Shown here: piece by piece, positions 26,501 to 40,300 of the stretch
Numbering within the stretch: the first letter of the stretch is position 1
Layout of the letters: the number at the start of each line of letters is the position of its first letter
Origin: Macrostomum hystrix
Lineage: Eukaryota > Animalia > Platyhelminthes
NCBI GenBank assembly: GCA_950097015.1
Contig: CATNEN010000012.1
Coordinates: 620,001-684,000 of the forward strand
Direction: 5' to 3'
Length of the DNA stretch: 64,000 bases
Translations under genes and position numbers: made by a program
The notes under the pieces: generated by a model
What the model saw: only the letters and a program-made list of their open reading frames with translations
What the model was told of the DNA's origin: nothing
Database searches by the model: none

Positions 26501-26922
26501 ATGCAAAATGTTATTGTCAAGTTGATTAATGCACCTAGTATTTAGAATGTTGCGCGCGAATCGCCACAATATCTATGAGTTGTGATTCTTTGATTTGTGC
26601 TTTACAGTAAATGAAGGATTCATAGTCAGCGATTGGCAATCCATGTCATCACAATGAGTGCGCGCTGTTGGCTTAAAGTAATTGGATAGAGTTCGGCCAT
26701 TGAGTAGTGAGAAGTGTGCTCTGGATTGGCCCGCTGGCTGAGTGCACCTCGAAGTCTGCCTTACTTTCGAGCGGACCAACCACGCGACATTTGAGCTGTG
26801 CTCAGTCTGTGTCCATCCTCCCTGGGAGGGGATATTTCTGCGGCAACTGGGGCCTCTCTGAGAGGGATTTGTTATCGAAGTTAGCAATCGAATAAAACAG
26901 ATTTCGATCTGTCCGCTGCCGC

Positions 26923-27415
26923 ATGTCTATCATTCAGTACTTGGCCAGTGAATTGCTGCGAAGCACGTGAGTGGCATGTACACCTTGCACGGTGCGAAAA
27001 CGGCTACCTAGACGGCAGAAGTGCATCTGAAACATTTTTTTAATATGATTCTCTCCCACTGTGCGCTGCTGCAGTTCACAGTGAAATCTTATAAAAAGCA
27101 TGATGTCTAGCTGTTCCAAAGGAACTCACTTGCACCTTTGTGCCGTCACGTTTTCTGTCGGGTGTCTTTCATCTATACGGTTAGGTAGAATGTTAGATAA
27201 AGGGTAAAATTAACTTCATTCTTTATTTGCGACTGCAATGCTAATTACATAGTGAGGCGGCATTTTCTACTGCAGAATCAGGCACCTGAATAAAAAATGA
27301 TTAACTGAATGCTCAGGCTCGACTAAACTCTACCATTTGTATAATTACCTATCCATGCTTGTACGATTTTCAGTAACATAGCGAATAACCTCTACGGCAA
27401 GGTATTTGACTGGCA

Positions 27416-27459
<44 letters not shown>

Positions 27460-27548
27460 CAAGTGGCGCTGATGATGCTGGACAAAATCCGACTGAGGAT
27501 GGAGCTGGTGGCGGCACCTCAACTCGACTGGCCTTGGTGAAGGCCCAG
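26923..27548 (+). CDS. Candidate 5' exons of the uncharacterised gene at 31.2-40.7 kb
   Basis: Exon 26923-26966 (MSIIQYLASELLRST, donor GTGAGT) is in phase with exon 27374-27548 (NIANNLYGKVFDW-polyQ..TRLALVKAQ, donor GTGAGA). The phase-0 end fits the acceptor at 31224. Confidence 0.45.
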
Positions 27549-27582
27549 GTGAGAAGCTTGTTGCCAATTGGGATTCGGCACG

Positions 27583-27800
27583 GTGCTCATTGAGGGTGGA
27601 TAGTCACTGCAGGTTAAGCAGTGCTCATTGAGGGTGGATAGTCACTGCAGGTTAAGCAGTGCTCATTGAGGGTGGATAGTCACTGCAGGTTAAGCAGTGC
27701 TCATTGAGGGTGGATAGTCACTGCAGGTTAAGCAGTGGTCATTGTGGATAAAACACTGCAGGTTAAGCAGTGGTCATTGTGGATAAAACACTGCATGCTC
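27583..27800. repeat. 38-bp minisatellite (GTGCTCATTGAGGGTGGATAGTCACTGCAGGTTAAGCA)n
   Basis: 4 perfect copies plus 2 degenerate copies. Confidence 0.9.
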
Positions 27801-28327
27801 AGCAGTTGCTTTGAGCAAGACCTTATCCCTTCCCTTGCCAGAATGTAAATCTCAGCATGGCATTTTGTTGAGCTTGCTTTCAGCGAGAGGCCTTCCTATC
27901 ATTCACCCCCGTCTCTATTATCTAATAAATAATTCGTTAGCTGATACCTATGGGTAAATGAGAGAGGGGCTTTGCTGACCCAGCTGCATGTTTGGCAACT
28001 CACTGCATGCAAGATTTGGCTGGCTAACAGCAGAATGGTTTAATGTGCCACGTGAGAGCTTAGGTGCTGAAATCTATCTATCCTTTGGTCAGTCATAAAA
28101 GGCTTCCACTGTCTCAGTAGCTGCTCGTGATGATGATTTTAAAGGCATTTATTTCATTTCTGCCTCTGCACACATTGCCTTCACAGTGTTCAGGATATCA
28201 CAGTTGGCTATCTATTTTTTCTATATTTAATTAATTATTAAAGTTTTTCTGTATCCTGTACGATAGAACTTGAACACTATCGCTTAGGTGTGTAAAATGT
28301 GTAAGTCAGACATGAAGCTATAAAGGG

Positions 28328-29215
28328 TGAGATCTGGAGGTCTGAAGGATGAGATCTGGAGGTCTGAAGGATGAGATCCGGAGGTGTGAAGAGTGAGATC
28401 CGCAGGTGTGAAGTGTTAGATCTGGAGGTGTGAAGAGTTAGATCTGGAGGTGTGAAGAGTTAGATCTGGAGGTGTGAAGAGTTAGATCTGGAGGTGTGAA
28501 GAGTGAGATCCGGAGGTGTGAAGATTTGATCTGGAGGTGTGAAGAGTTAGATCTGGAGGTGTGAAGAGTTAGATCTGGAGGTGTGAAGAGTTAGATCTGG
28601 AGGTGTGAAGAGTTAGATCTGGAGGTGTGAAGAGTTAGATCTGGAGGTGTGAAGAGTTAGATCTGGAGGTGTGAAGAGTTAGATCTGGAGGTGTGAAGAG
28701 TTAGCTATCCGCAGGTGTGAAGAGTTAGATCTGGAGGTGTGAAGAGTTAGATCTGGAGGTGTGAAGAGTTAGATCTGGAGGTGTGAAGAGTGAGATCCGG
28801 AGGTGTGAAGATTTGATCTGGAGGTGTGAAGAGTTAGATCTGGAGGTGTGAAGAGTTAGATCTGGAGGTGTGAAGAGTTAGCTATCCGCAGGTGTGAAGA
28901 GTTAGATCTGGAGGTGTGAAGAGTTAGATCTGGAGGTGTGAAGAGTTAGATCTGGAGGTGTGAAGAGTTAGATCTGGAGGTGTGAAGAGTTAGATCTGGA
29001 GGTGTGAAGAGTTAGATCAGGAGGTGTGAAGAGTTAGCTATCCGCAGGTGTGAAGAGTTAGATCTGGAGGTGTGAAGAGTTAGATCTGGAGGTGTGAAGA
29101 GTTAGATCTGGAGGTGTGAAGAGTGAGATCCGGAGGTGTGAAGATTTGATCTGGAGGTGTGAAGAGTTAGATCTGGAGGTGTGAAGAGTTAGATCTGGAG
29201 GTGTGAAGAGTTAGC
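28328..29215. repeat. 22-bp minisatellite (GAAGAGTTAGATCTGGAGGTGT)n
   Basis: ~40 tandem copies. Confidence 0.95.
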
Positions 29216-30149
29216 TGTCAGCAGCACTAGAGTGGCGAAGACAGCACTAGAGTGGCGAATGAACCAGAATAAATGGATGTCTAAAGGTTATAGGTGCCGC
29301 CAGACAGTTGATGCAAAGATAATAGGGGGGACACGTGACGCGTCACTTGGGTTTCGGGTAGGCAGAATTACTGACACCTGGAGGCAGTCCCAGAGGGTAA
29401 AGTGCCATCTTCAGTTTTAATCCTAAAGATTTTGCGCGTAAAAAAGTGAATTTAGACTTTGGGTTAAAATGACTTGTCCCAAAATTGACTTGCGCGGATC
29501 GAAGCCTGAATGAGAAAGGCCTGAAAAAGATGGGATGGAGACAACCAACTAACGGTATCTCTGGTTGCTAGGCAGCTGTGAGGCCACCTTCATCTGGGCC
29601 CGCAATTAGGCCGAGTCCGAGTCGGAGGGTGGTCGAAGTGTGAGCACGAGCTGCTCGCCGAGGAGGGGGCAGTGCGGCTTGAGGAAGCAGTCGGCTGGGT
29701 GGAGGCTGCGAAATTTCTCATTTCCCTATACTTTCCTCTTCCCATAGTTCGGGAAGTTTCTTTCCTCAGCAGCGGAGGGGGGTTGGTAATTTATGGCGCC
29801 GAGAGAATCGCGGTAAACATGCTCGTGAGAGCACTTCTCTCTCTACTCTTCCCGTTTCGCTTCTCTCCTTCCAATTGGCCGGCACCAGGTTTGTGTCAAA
29901 TGAAACAAGCGGCCGAATCGAAAAATGATTAACCGCTTTGCCACAATTGTCTGATCAAGGACATGAGAATCTACTCATATTGCACTTTTGTGGATTAAAG
30001 GAAGCACTTTGGTTTGAGACGTAGTTAAACAAATGACGGCCAGAAGTCTTGGTACACAAGTCGTGTTGTACTTTCAGTAGTAGATTCGTGTCTCAAATTT
30101 TTTTTATAGAAATTATATTCTTTTATTCGCGACTTCAGGTCTTGGCGAG

Positions 30150-30500
30150 AGAGGGGTCAGGGGAGGTTGGGAAGAAGATCTGGAAAGATTGGGAAGAAGA
30201 TCTGGGGAGATTGGGAAGAAGATCTGTGAAGGGTGGGAAGTAGATTTGGGGAGGGTGGGAAATAGATATGGGGAGGGTGGGAAGTAGATATGGGGAGGGT
30301 GGGAAGTAGATCTGGGGAGGGTGGGAAGATCTGGGGAGGGTGGGAAGATCTGGGGAGGTGGGTAGATCTGGGGAGGGTGGGTAGATCTGGGGAGGGTGGG
30401 TAGATCTGGGTAGGGTGGGAAGATCTGGGGAGGTCGGGAAGATCTGGGAGGGTGGGAAGATCTGGGGAGGTCGGGAAGATCTGGGAGGGTGGGAAGATCT
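30150..30500. repeat. Purine/G-rich ~19-20-bp degenerate minisatellite (GGGAAGATCTGGGGAGGGT-like)
   Basis: Tandem degenerate copies with G-runs. Confidence 0.85.
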
Positions 30501-31224
30501 AGGTAGAGTTTTACAACATTCCTGCAAGTCGTAAAATTGAATTGGTGTGAAGCGGCCTCTCACTCACTCGCGACTGTCGCTGCCAGCAGTGCACGGCACA
30601 ATGGCCTCTCTGACCTCCTCAGCCATGCCTGTCTGCGCTGCATTTCACACACGCCATAGGCTACCGCAAGCATGCGGCCTCCACGACAATGCCAGTTGGT
30701 CGCAGTTGTTCCCCGCACAAATTTCGCATCTTTTTCCCCTGGCCCTAGAATCTAGGCAAATGTATAACAACTTCGAGCCAAGGTGGATTACCAGAGAGGG
30801 CCAGAAATCAACAGGGGAGATTAGTAAGTGAAGGTGGTGACTGCTGCCCCACCCTCAGGCCTTTGGGAATAGTGACAGTGGCGGAATGGCAGAAGCCGCA
30901 ACAAATGCTAGGGGGGTACCGAATGTTCCTGGACTTTGGTTTCTAAAGCCACCATCATAGTCCTGTCCTTCATATCCCTATTCCCCCCAAATCCCATCCG
31001 CTCCCTGCGAAATGCCCAAGCTAGCGAAAGAGTGGGAGACAGGCGATGCAACACCGCCTGGGAATAAATTATCTTAACTCCGGATAGGGGGTGGCTGCGG
31101 CGGAGCGGGGTTGGCTGAGTCGAAGAACGCTTCTGGGAATTGGCGGGAAAGGAAGCGGAGGATAATCTATAAAGTGGTCCGAAGCAACCCTCCCTTCCCG
31201 GGCTTTGTCACGGTGGAGGCTCAG

Positions 31225-34200
31225 CTGGTGAACGGAAGAATGTCGGACAGCGGCAGCCAGCGTCATTCCAGCTCCGCTGCCTCGGCCTCGAACCCTCCGC
31301 AGGTTGAACACCTGCTGGGACTTCGGCGCAACGCTAGCGCCGATGGCGGCGGTGGCGGCGCCGGTTATGACAGCGACGGAGGCGGCGAGGACACCGGCGT
31401 CGCGCGACTGTGGCGCCGGGCCTTCAGCGGGCTGAAGCTGGCCAAGGACAAGGTAAGGCTTTCCCGGATTTCCCGTGGCGATTCCATGGGTTCAGCTGGA
31501 GATGGAAACCTGAATGTGCAATCTTAGGCTATGAAATGAAAGTAATAATAGTAATGGGGGGTCGGTGGCAGAGTGGTTAACGCGTTTGCCTCGCGCACCA
31601 AGGTCCCTAAGTTCGATTCCGCGGCGAGGCCACATTTATTTGGGAGCTTGTCGTGTCATCTGGGCGCTCAGGGATCAGCGGAATTAACCGAATCCCGGGT
31701 GTAACCCACAGTCTCATGATGCAGCCAAAAGTTATGGAACTTACACCAACCAAATTTCAGTCTAACAAGAAGAAGAAGGACTCCTCAATGGAATCAGAAG
31801 GTGAGATTGCTGTCTGGAGGTCGGCAATTGGCTAGTCAAGTGTTTGGCCTCGACCAAAATCAAAATCAACTCAATCGGTCCGAAATTGTGCGCCCCACAA
31901 AATTATGGCATTGGGGTAGAGGGACCCCTTGGACTCCCTCCGTGTCTCCTCCATCCACCACATGCCATCGTATCAAATCTGCTAAACTCATTATTCCACC
32001 CAATTTTTCATATTTATCTCTGCCTCTGATCTCCTTTGGCTGTGAGCTTTAATGCGTCAGCTTTCTGTTCCACCATTTGTCACTTTTCCAATCTTTTTTT
32101 TGACTCCATCATCAATTCCTTCCATTCATCATCTATCCGCCGCTCATGTGTCCACTCCCCTTCCATCCGCCCCTCTTCTATCCGACACTCTTCCATCCGC
32201 CCCTCTTCTATTCGCCGTTCTTCTATCCGACCCTCTTCTATCCGACCCTCTTCTATCCGACCCTCTTCTATCCGACACTCTTCCATCCGCCCCTCTTCTA
32301 TTCGCCGTTCTTCTATCCGACCCTCTTCTATCCGACACTCTTCCATCCGCCCCTCTTCTATTCGCCGTTCTTCTATCCGACCCTCTTCTATCCGACACTC
32401 TTCCATCCGCCCCTCTTCTATTCGCCGTTCTTCTATCCGACCCTCTTCTATCCGACACTCTTCTATCCGCCCCTCTTCTATTCGCCGTTCTTCTATCCGA
32501 CCCTCTTCTATCCGACACTCTTCTATCCGACACTCTTCTAGCCGACACTCTTCTAGCCGACACTCTTCTAGCCGACACTCTTCTAGCCGACACTCTTCTA
32601 GCCGACACTCTTCTAGCCGACACTCTTCTAGCCGACCCTCTTCTATCCGACACTCTTCTAGCCGACACTCTTCTAGCCGCCCACCTCTATCCGCCCACCT
32701 CTATCCGCCCACCTCTATCCGCCCACCTCTATCCGCCCACCTCTATCCGCCCACCTCTATCCGCCCACCTCTATCCTCCCGCTTCTATCCGCCCCTCTTC
32801 CCCCACCCTCTCCATGCAGTTGTTTCCGCCTGCAGTGGTTCCCCAATCACCCCGCAGACATTGACCCGGTGTACAGCCTGCTGAAGCATGCTGCCGACCG
32901 CGGCACGCAGAAGTGTCAGGCCTCCTGCTGCTCGCAGTCAGACCGAGCCGCCTCGGCAGCCGGTGAGTGAGTCGTCTCAGTGCCGATCTCCCAGCTAGCA
33001 GCTTCAACAAGTAGATTTAGAAAATTAGCATTTAAATAAGTTTTGAGTTTGAGTTTTATCGTCTGCCAAAACCTTTTTCCGCTTCGTAGCTACCTAGAGC
33101 TGCACTTTAGCATAGAACAATTTAGCCAAGAAATCTACTAACAATAATAAGTACTCTAGCTTGACGAGAGAAACTTCTCACTGCAGGGACTTTGTTTAAC
33201 TTTGCCTGTCTGTTAAACCGCCTCGTCATTTTTTTCATTTTCCGCTTGGCTGAGATTTTAGAGTTGTGTGCCTCTGGTCCTTCTCCCCCACCAGTGTGCC
33301 TCTGGCCCTTCTCCCCCCACCCGTGTGCCTCTGGTCCTTCTCCCCCCACCAGTGTGCCTCTGGTCCTTCTCCCCCCACCAGTGTGCCTCTGGTCCTTCTC
33401 CCCAACCCGTGTGCCTCTCTGGTCCTTCTCCCCCCACCCGTGTGCCTCTCTGGTCCTTCTCCCCCACCCGTGTGCCTCTCTGGTCCTTCTCCCCCACCAG
33501 TGTGCCTCTGGTCCTTCTCCCCCCACCAGTGTGCCTCTGGTCCTTCTCCCCCCACCAGTGTGCCTCTGGTCCTTCTCCCCCCACCAGTGTGCCTCTGGTC
33601 CTTCTCCCCCCACCAGTGTGCCTCTGGTCCTTCTCCCCCCACCAGTGTGCCTCTGGTCCTTCTCCCCCAACCCGTGTGCCTCTCTGGTCCTTCTCCCCCC
33701 ACCCGTGTGCCTCTGGTCCTTCTCCCCCCACCCGTTTGCCTCTGGTCCTTCTCCCCCCCACCAGTGTGCCTTTGGTCCTTCTCCCCCCACCCGTGTGCCT
33801 CTGTTCCTTCTCCCCCCTTAACAGTGTGCCTCTGGTCCTTCTCCCCCTTAACAGTGTGCCTCTGGTCCTTCTCCCCCCACCCGTGTGTCGTCTGTCTGTC
33901 CACCAATAGCTCTCTTGGGTCTCATTTTAGCCGCATTGGTTTCTCTTCCATGCAGTCTTGGCCTCTTTAAATATTAGAATATTTTCATTAATCTATTTTC
34001 CTCAGCTTAGGCTAGCAGTTTCCTTTTTCTTCCCAACCCCTATTCGCATATCCCATTTCTCGCCAAGTGGTTCAGAATTGATCAGCTCAGAGTCTGGGCC
34101 TGCTATCCCAGGCCAGTGGGCAGCCCCGTGGGTTCTTATTAGAGCATACATAATTTTCGAAATGGACTTCCCACCAAGAACTTCGCCTCTTCTATTCTCT

Positions 34201-37200
34201 AATGACCCCCTGGCCATCACTTTAATCATATGACTTCAAGACTTTTGAGTCTAGTGCTCCGGATTGAGCATGAGCGCGGAGCTAGCGGGTGCAACTCAAA
34301 AACTTTGTTATGATAAAGTCCAGTGCAATATAACTTTACGATTTGAGTTCATATGGCAGTGGCGGGTAAATAGTCTATGGGAAATATGCAATCTTAATGA
34401 CTTTGAAATGACAAATTACTTTAATTTTCTTACGAGTACTTTAGAGTTTAGTAAGGCTGGGGTGTCACGATACAAGTCAGGTAGCTCTGACTCATAATTC
34501 ATAATCGTCACAGAACGTGCCAAAATGTCTCTTAGTATGCTAACACAAATATCCTTAGGGCGCTTTTAGTTGCATATCGATAAGACTGACCTTATGGAGA
34601 TCATGAAGCTTGTTCAATTGATTCGACCAGTTCTTGATGGTTCATAGCATAGTTTAATGGACTCCTGCCTCCCCGCTGCTTCCCCCCGCTGCTTCCCGAG
34701 AAACCCCACCGCTTCCCGAGAAACCCGACTGCTTCCTGAGAAGCCCCACTGCTTCCCGAGAAACCCCACCGCTTCCCGAGAAACCCCACTGCTTCCTGAG
34801 AAGCCCCACTGCTTCCCGAGAAACCCCACCGCTTCCCGAGAAACCCCACTGCTTCCTGAGAAGCCCCACTGCTTCCCGAGAAACCCCACCGCTTCCCGAG
34901 AAACCCCACTGCTTCATGAGAAACCCCACTGCTTCCTGAGAAGCCCCACTGCTTCCCGAGAAACCCCACCGCTTCCCGAGAAACCCCACTGCTTCCTGAG
35001 AAGCCCCACTGCTTCCCGAGAAACCCCACCGCTTCCCGAGAAACCCCACTGCTTCATGAGAAACCCCACTGCTTCCTGAGAAACCCCACTGCTTCCCGAG
35101 AAACCCCACTGCTTCCCGAGAAACCCCACTGCTTCCCAAGAAACCCCACTGCTTCCCGAGAAACCCCACTGCTTTCTGAGAAACCCTACTGCTTCCCGAG
35201 AAACTCCACTGCTTCCTGAGAAACCCCACTGCTTCCCGAGAAACCCCATTGCTTCCCGAGAAACCCCACTGCTTCCCGAGAAACCCCACTGCTTCCTAAG
35301 AAACCCCACTGCTTCCCGAGAAACTCCACTGCTTCCTGAGAAACCCCACTGCTTCCTGAGAAACCCCACTGCTTCCCGAGAAACCCCACTGCTTCCTGAG
35401 AAACCCCACTGCTTCCTGAGAAACCCCACTGCTTCTCGAGAAACCCCACTGCTTCCTGAGAAACCCCACTGCTTCCACAGAAACTGTTTTATTCAGCGAT
35501 AGTGTGGTGTCATCGACTTTGCGTCTGCGTGCAAGAAATAGACCCGACTAACTGCCCCAGCGACTAACGGCAGGTACACATGCTTCTCAAATTGCCCATT
35601 AGCACAATAACCTTCTAGCATATTTTGTGTCATCGGAAATTAGTTAGCACAGTGTTACTGCATCTTGTTAGCATGCCAGTATTTTCCTGCTAATTATTAA
35701 CGGTTTGATGTTGCTCCTCGATGTCGGCTTCTTTTGAACTAACCGAGTGCGTTTCGTCCTATTGAGTTTTTTTGCTTTGTCTAGCGAATGTCGTTAGCAG
35801 CATGCTCTTTTGAGGTCCGTGCCCTGTTCTTTTTTATTATAATAGGCATCTCTGATTGTAAGAGGTGCTAACGATGGCTTCTGGAATCTATTTCTGAATA
35901 CCTTTTTGAATTTTAGAGCAGGCATGATTTCTTGGAAATTCTATTATAAAGCCCGCTCGGGCTGATCAGATTAGCAGAAGCTGTCTTTTGCACCTCGCAT
36001 AAGACTCGCATAGAAAGCATTGTTGACCTGCCAGCCTCAAGTGATGCCCATTTCACAGCGGCTAAGTGTCAGTGCCTCTGCCACAGTCAGCAGCAGCAGC
36101 AGCAGCACGGCTGCGGGGATACTGACTGCAGTGGCTGCGGCGGCAGCGTAGTCTGGGCCGCCAAAGGACGAGTTGCCTCAGTCAGCAGCAGCAGCAGCAG
36201 CAGCAGATGTGCTTCAAAGAAGACCTGAAAAGTTTCAGCTGACGGACTTTTTTCCTGCGAAAATATTTTGTTTCATTTGATGCTAGGCTGTTGTTTAACT
36301 AGGCTAGGAATTTTTGGGTAACATTCTGTTAGTTTATCATCGTCCTAAATAAAAGGAAATTCAATAATAAACTATTTTGGGATCTACTTATAAGCAGAAG
36401 AGAAAATTCACAGCCTTCTGGTGCTTCAGAATCGGTTAAATATTTTGCAACAATGTTCCTATGTGATTTGAAGATGAATTTATTTTAAATGTCTGCCCTA
36501 TTTGTGTAGCTCGTGTGAAATTTTTTTCCTTCACCAAAAATCAATCAGTTTGAAATCGTCTTCGGAAAAAAACACGATGCCCCATTATTGTGACTCGCTT
36601 GTGTCCTCAAAAGTACAGATTTTATGCTCCGCCTTGACCCTAAATAAAGCATCGAAACTGCAGTTTATCCCAGCCAAATCCCTTTGAGTTTTCGGAGATT
36701 GTTCCGACTGTTCCGAGAAGCAGTTTTGTAGCTGCTTCACGATAAAAATGCTTTGGAATTGTGTCGAATTCAAGCAGATCACCTACTCGTCGGACACATT
36801 AGATAAATTTGAGTATGTGTGAGCATTAAAACCACTTAGTCATTTCGGTTAAAAATGCGGAACACGCTAACACGAAGCAGCACAAGCGGTGTTCTCAGCC
36901 CAACAAGCTGCACACTCTACTAGCAGTAGAGTAGGCGCCGACATGCAATCTGAATGTCGAATTTCATAATTAAAATGAAAATGGCCGTTTGTTACCTTTG
37001 ACTTCGCAATTTTCTTTGCTTCGTTTCCCGCTCACCACCTGTCTCTACCCTAAGCTCTAAGAGATTTTCTCAAAATTTAGGATTTCAAGCAACTTAGAGT
37101 TAGGGTTAGGGTTAGGGTTAGGGTTAGGGTTAACGGGGCATCTATCGAAGTGGCACGCTAAACAATTTCGCGAAAAAGTTCCTGTAATACCACTGGGACA

Positions 37201-37254
37201 AGTAATAAGTAACATTTTCGAAAACTATTTAAAAACGCAGCCAACATACGACAT

Positions 37255-37312
<58 letters not shown>

Positions 37313-40300
37313 TTAGACCAACAAGACGAGGTGTTGCGCTACCCCCAACTGGTATCCCCAAGCGCCGTCACAGCAACAGCAACAACAGCAAAGCTGATCC
37401 GGTTGCTAAGGACGCCAACGTGGCTGACTATTTGAATGACAATTGTCAGAGCCTGAACACCCTCACTGTGCCGCTGCCATCCTACGCATCGGATAGGAAA
37501 TACTCGCTGCCCAGTGAGTGAGGGGAGAGACAGGGGTCACTGACTGAGGGGAGGGACAGGGGTCACTGAGTGAGTGTGAGGAGGGACAGGGGTCACTGCG
37601 TGAGTGAGAGGAGGGACAGGGTTCAAATCTGCTCTGGAATCACCTGCAGCTCCGGATGCAGCCACTGGATCGGCAGGCGTGGACCGAAGGCGCCTGGACC
37701 AGCGGATGAAGAGTGTCTCGGTGGACACGGACCGGAGGGCAGGCAGCTTGGGTGAGCCACTGTGTGGCATATCTAGCCTTTGACTTGATTGCTTTTGAGT
37801 TGTTTGTGAGGCAGGTGATTGGCCAGATCGTTTCCACCTTTCAGCTCCACCTAACCCGCGCAGCAACATATCGCCTTCGCTGTCCCTCTCACCCTCGCCG
37901 TCTTTCTCTCTATCGCCTTCGCCGCCGGGTTCGGGATCGCCGTCGCCGACTCCGATGCCGCGCCGACGTTCGACGCCGCGCGCCTCACCGGGCCGAGAGT
38001 TGCCGCCAATCCCGACGACATCTCGCGCAATGGTGATGGCTGCCTCGGTCCCAATGTTTACGATGACGCCGGTCTCAACGTCAGCAACAGGCTCGAGCAT
38101 CGGCGTTGCAAGACTCCCGCGACGTCTGCCTGAAGCCCGACGCCGTAGCCAGCTGTCGAAATCCGCGACTGCGCTGCCGTCGCCGCCACCGCCTCCGAAG
38201 CCGCTGCCGTCAGCTGAAACGGCCGACAGTCATGCTGTCCGGAGGACTGCTGCTGACCCTAGCGAAGGCGCCTCGATTCGTGGAAGGTTTTGTCTTGTCC
38301 GACTGAACGCAAGGGAGTCGGACTGTGCCGAAGGTCAGATTAAAGTTCTCAATTCTCTCAAGGTCTAAAGCAGCCGATATGACGAGAAAGTGTTGCACTC
38401 ATAAACTGACTGCATAAATCAAACCCACAGGCGGCCCACTTCGTTGTGACGATTCCGTCAGCGATGAGGATTATCAAACGGCTTCTTCAGTAAGCACATT
38501 TTAGTTAAGCTCTACTCGAAAAGTTGTATTCAGTATATTATCTACACTTTTTATATCATTTTTGCAGCCTCGATTGAGTCGTGGACGAGTTGACCGAGAT
38601 TGCGATGAGCTTAGTCCTAGGTACGCGATGAACTAAGTGAACTTAAGCGAGACTAGACAGCCCACAAAAAGCTGCTTATTGGCTTGCTCTTCAATCACCC
38701 CAGCTCAATCCTGACCAATCCGAAACCCCAAACTAGCAGCTACCTCACTCCCTGCTCTTCCCCTGCTCCCTGCAGCCACCTCACTCCCTGCTCTTCCCCT
38801 GCTACCTGAAGCCACCTCACTCACTGCTCTTCCCTAAACCCGAATCTAGCAGCCACCTCACTCCCTGCTCTTCTCCTTGCTCCCTGAAGCCACCCCACTC
38901 CTTGCTCTTCCCATACCCCCTAATCTAGCAACTCACTCCCGCCTTTCTCCAAACCCTAATCTAGCAGCCACCTCACCCCCTGCTCTTCTCAAACCCCCAA
39001 TATAGCAGCCATGTCACCCCCTGCTCTTCTCAAACCCCCAATATAGCAGCCATGTCACTCCCTGCTCTTCCCAAACCCCCAATATAGCAGCCATGTCACT
39101 CCCTGCTCTTCCCAAACCCCCAATATAGCAGCCATGTCACTCCCTGCTCTTCCCAAACCCCCAATATAGCAGCCATGTCACTCCCTGCTCTTCTCAAACC
39201 CCCAATCTAGCAGCCATGTCACTCCCTGCTCTTCCCAAACCCCCAATATAGCAGCCACCTCACTCCCTGCTCTTCCCAAACCCCCAATATAGCAGCCATG
39301 TCACTCCCTGCTCTTCCCAAACCCCCAATCTAGCAGCCATGTCACTCCCTGCTCTTCTCAAACCCCCAATCTAGCAGCCATGTCACTCCCTGCTCTTCCC
39401 AAACCCCCAATATAGCAGCCACCTCACTCCCTGCTCTTCCCAAACCCCCAATATAGCAGCCATGTCACTCCCTGCTTTTCCCAAACCCCCAATATAGCAG
39501 CCACCTCACTCCCTGCTCTTCCCAAACCCCCAATATAGCAGCCATGTCACTCCCTGCTTTTCCCAAACCCCCAATATAGCAGCCACCTCACTCCCTGCTC
39601 TTCCCAAACCCCCAATATAGCAGCCATGTCACTCCCTGCTTTTCCCAAACCCCCAATATAGCAGCCATGTCACTCCCTGCTTTTCCCAAACCCCCAATAT
39701 AGCAGCCATGTCACTCCCTGCTTTTCCCAAACCCCCAATATAGCAGCCACCTCACTCCCTGCTCTTCCCAAACCCCCAATCTAGCAGCCATGTCACTCCC
39801 TGCTCTTCCCAAACCCCCAATATAGCAGCCACCTCACTCCCTGCTCTTCCCAAACCCCCAATATAGCAGCCACCTCACTCCCTGCTCTTCCCAAACCCCC
39901 AATATAGCAGCCATGTCACTCCCTGCTTTTCCCAAACCCCCAATATAGCAGCCACCTCACTCCCTGCTCTTCCCAAACCCCCAATATAGCAGCCATGTCA
40001 CTCCCTGCTTTTCCCAAACCCCCAATATAGCAGCCATGTCACTCCCTGCTTTTCCCAAACCCCCAATATAGCAGCCATGTCACTCCCTGCTTTTCCCAAA
40101 CCCCCAATATAGCAGCCACCTCACTCCCTGCTCTTCCCAAACCCCCAATCTAGCAGCCATGTCACTCCCTGCTCTTCCCAAACCCCCAATATAGCAGCCA
40201 CCTCACTCCCTGCTCTTCCCAAACCCCCAATCTAGCAGCCATGTCACTCTCACTCTTCCCCAATGCCCCAGCAACCTCACAAAAAAATTTTCCTAGCCCT

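Noticed and set aside
31556-31632. Functional tRNA gene
   Set aside because: The anticodon and T stems pair poorly, and it is followed by a body and a simple-repeat tail, which fits a SINE better.
32036-35478. Numerous Ser/Arg-, Gly- or Pro-rich ORFs
   Set aside because: They coincide exactly with the 15-, 29- and 20-bp arrays and are open in several frames and on both strands.
37100-37129. True chromosome end
   Set aside because: Only five units, internal to an intron, with unique sequence on both sides.
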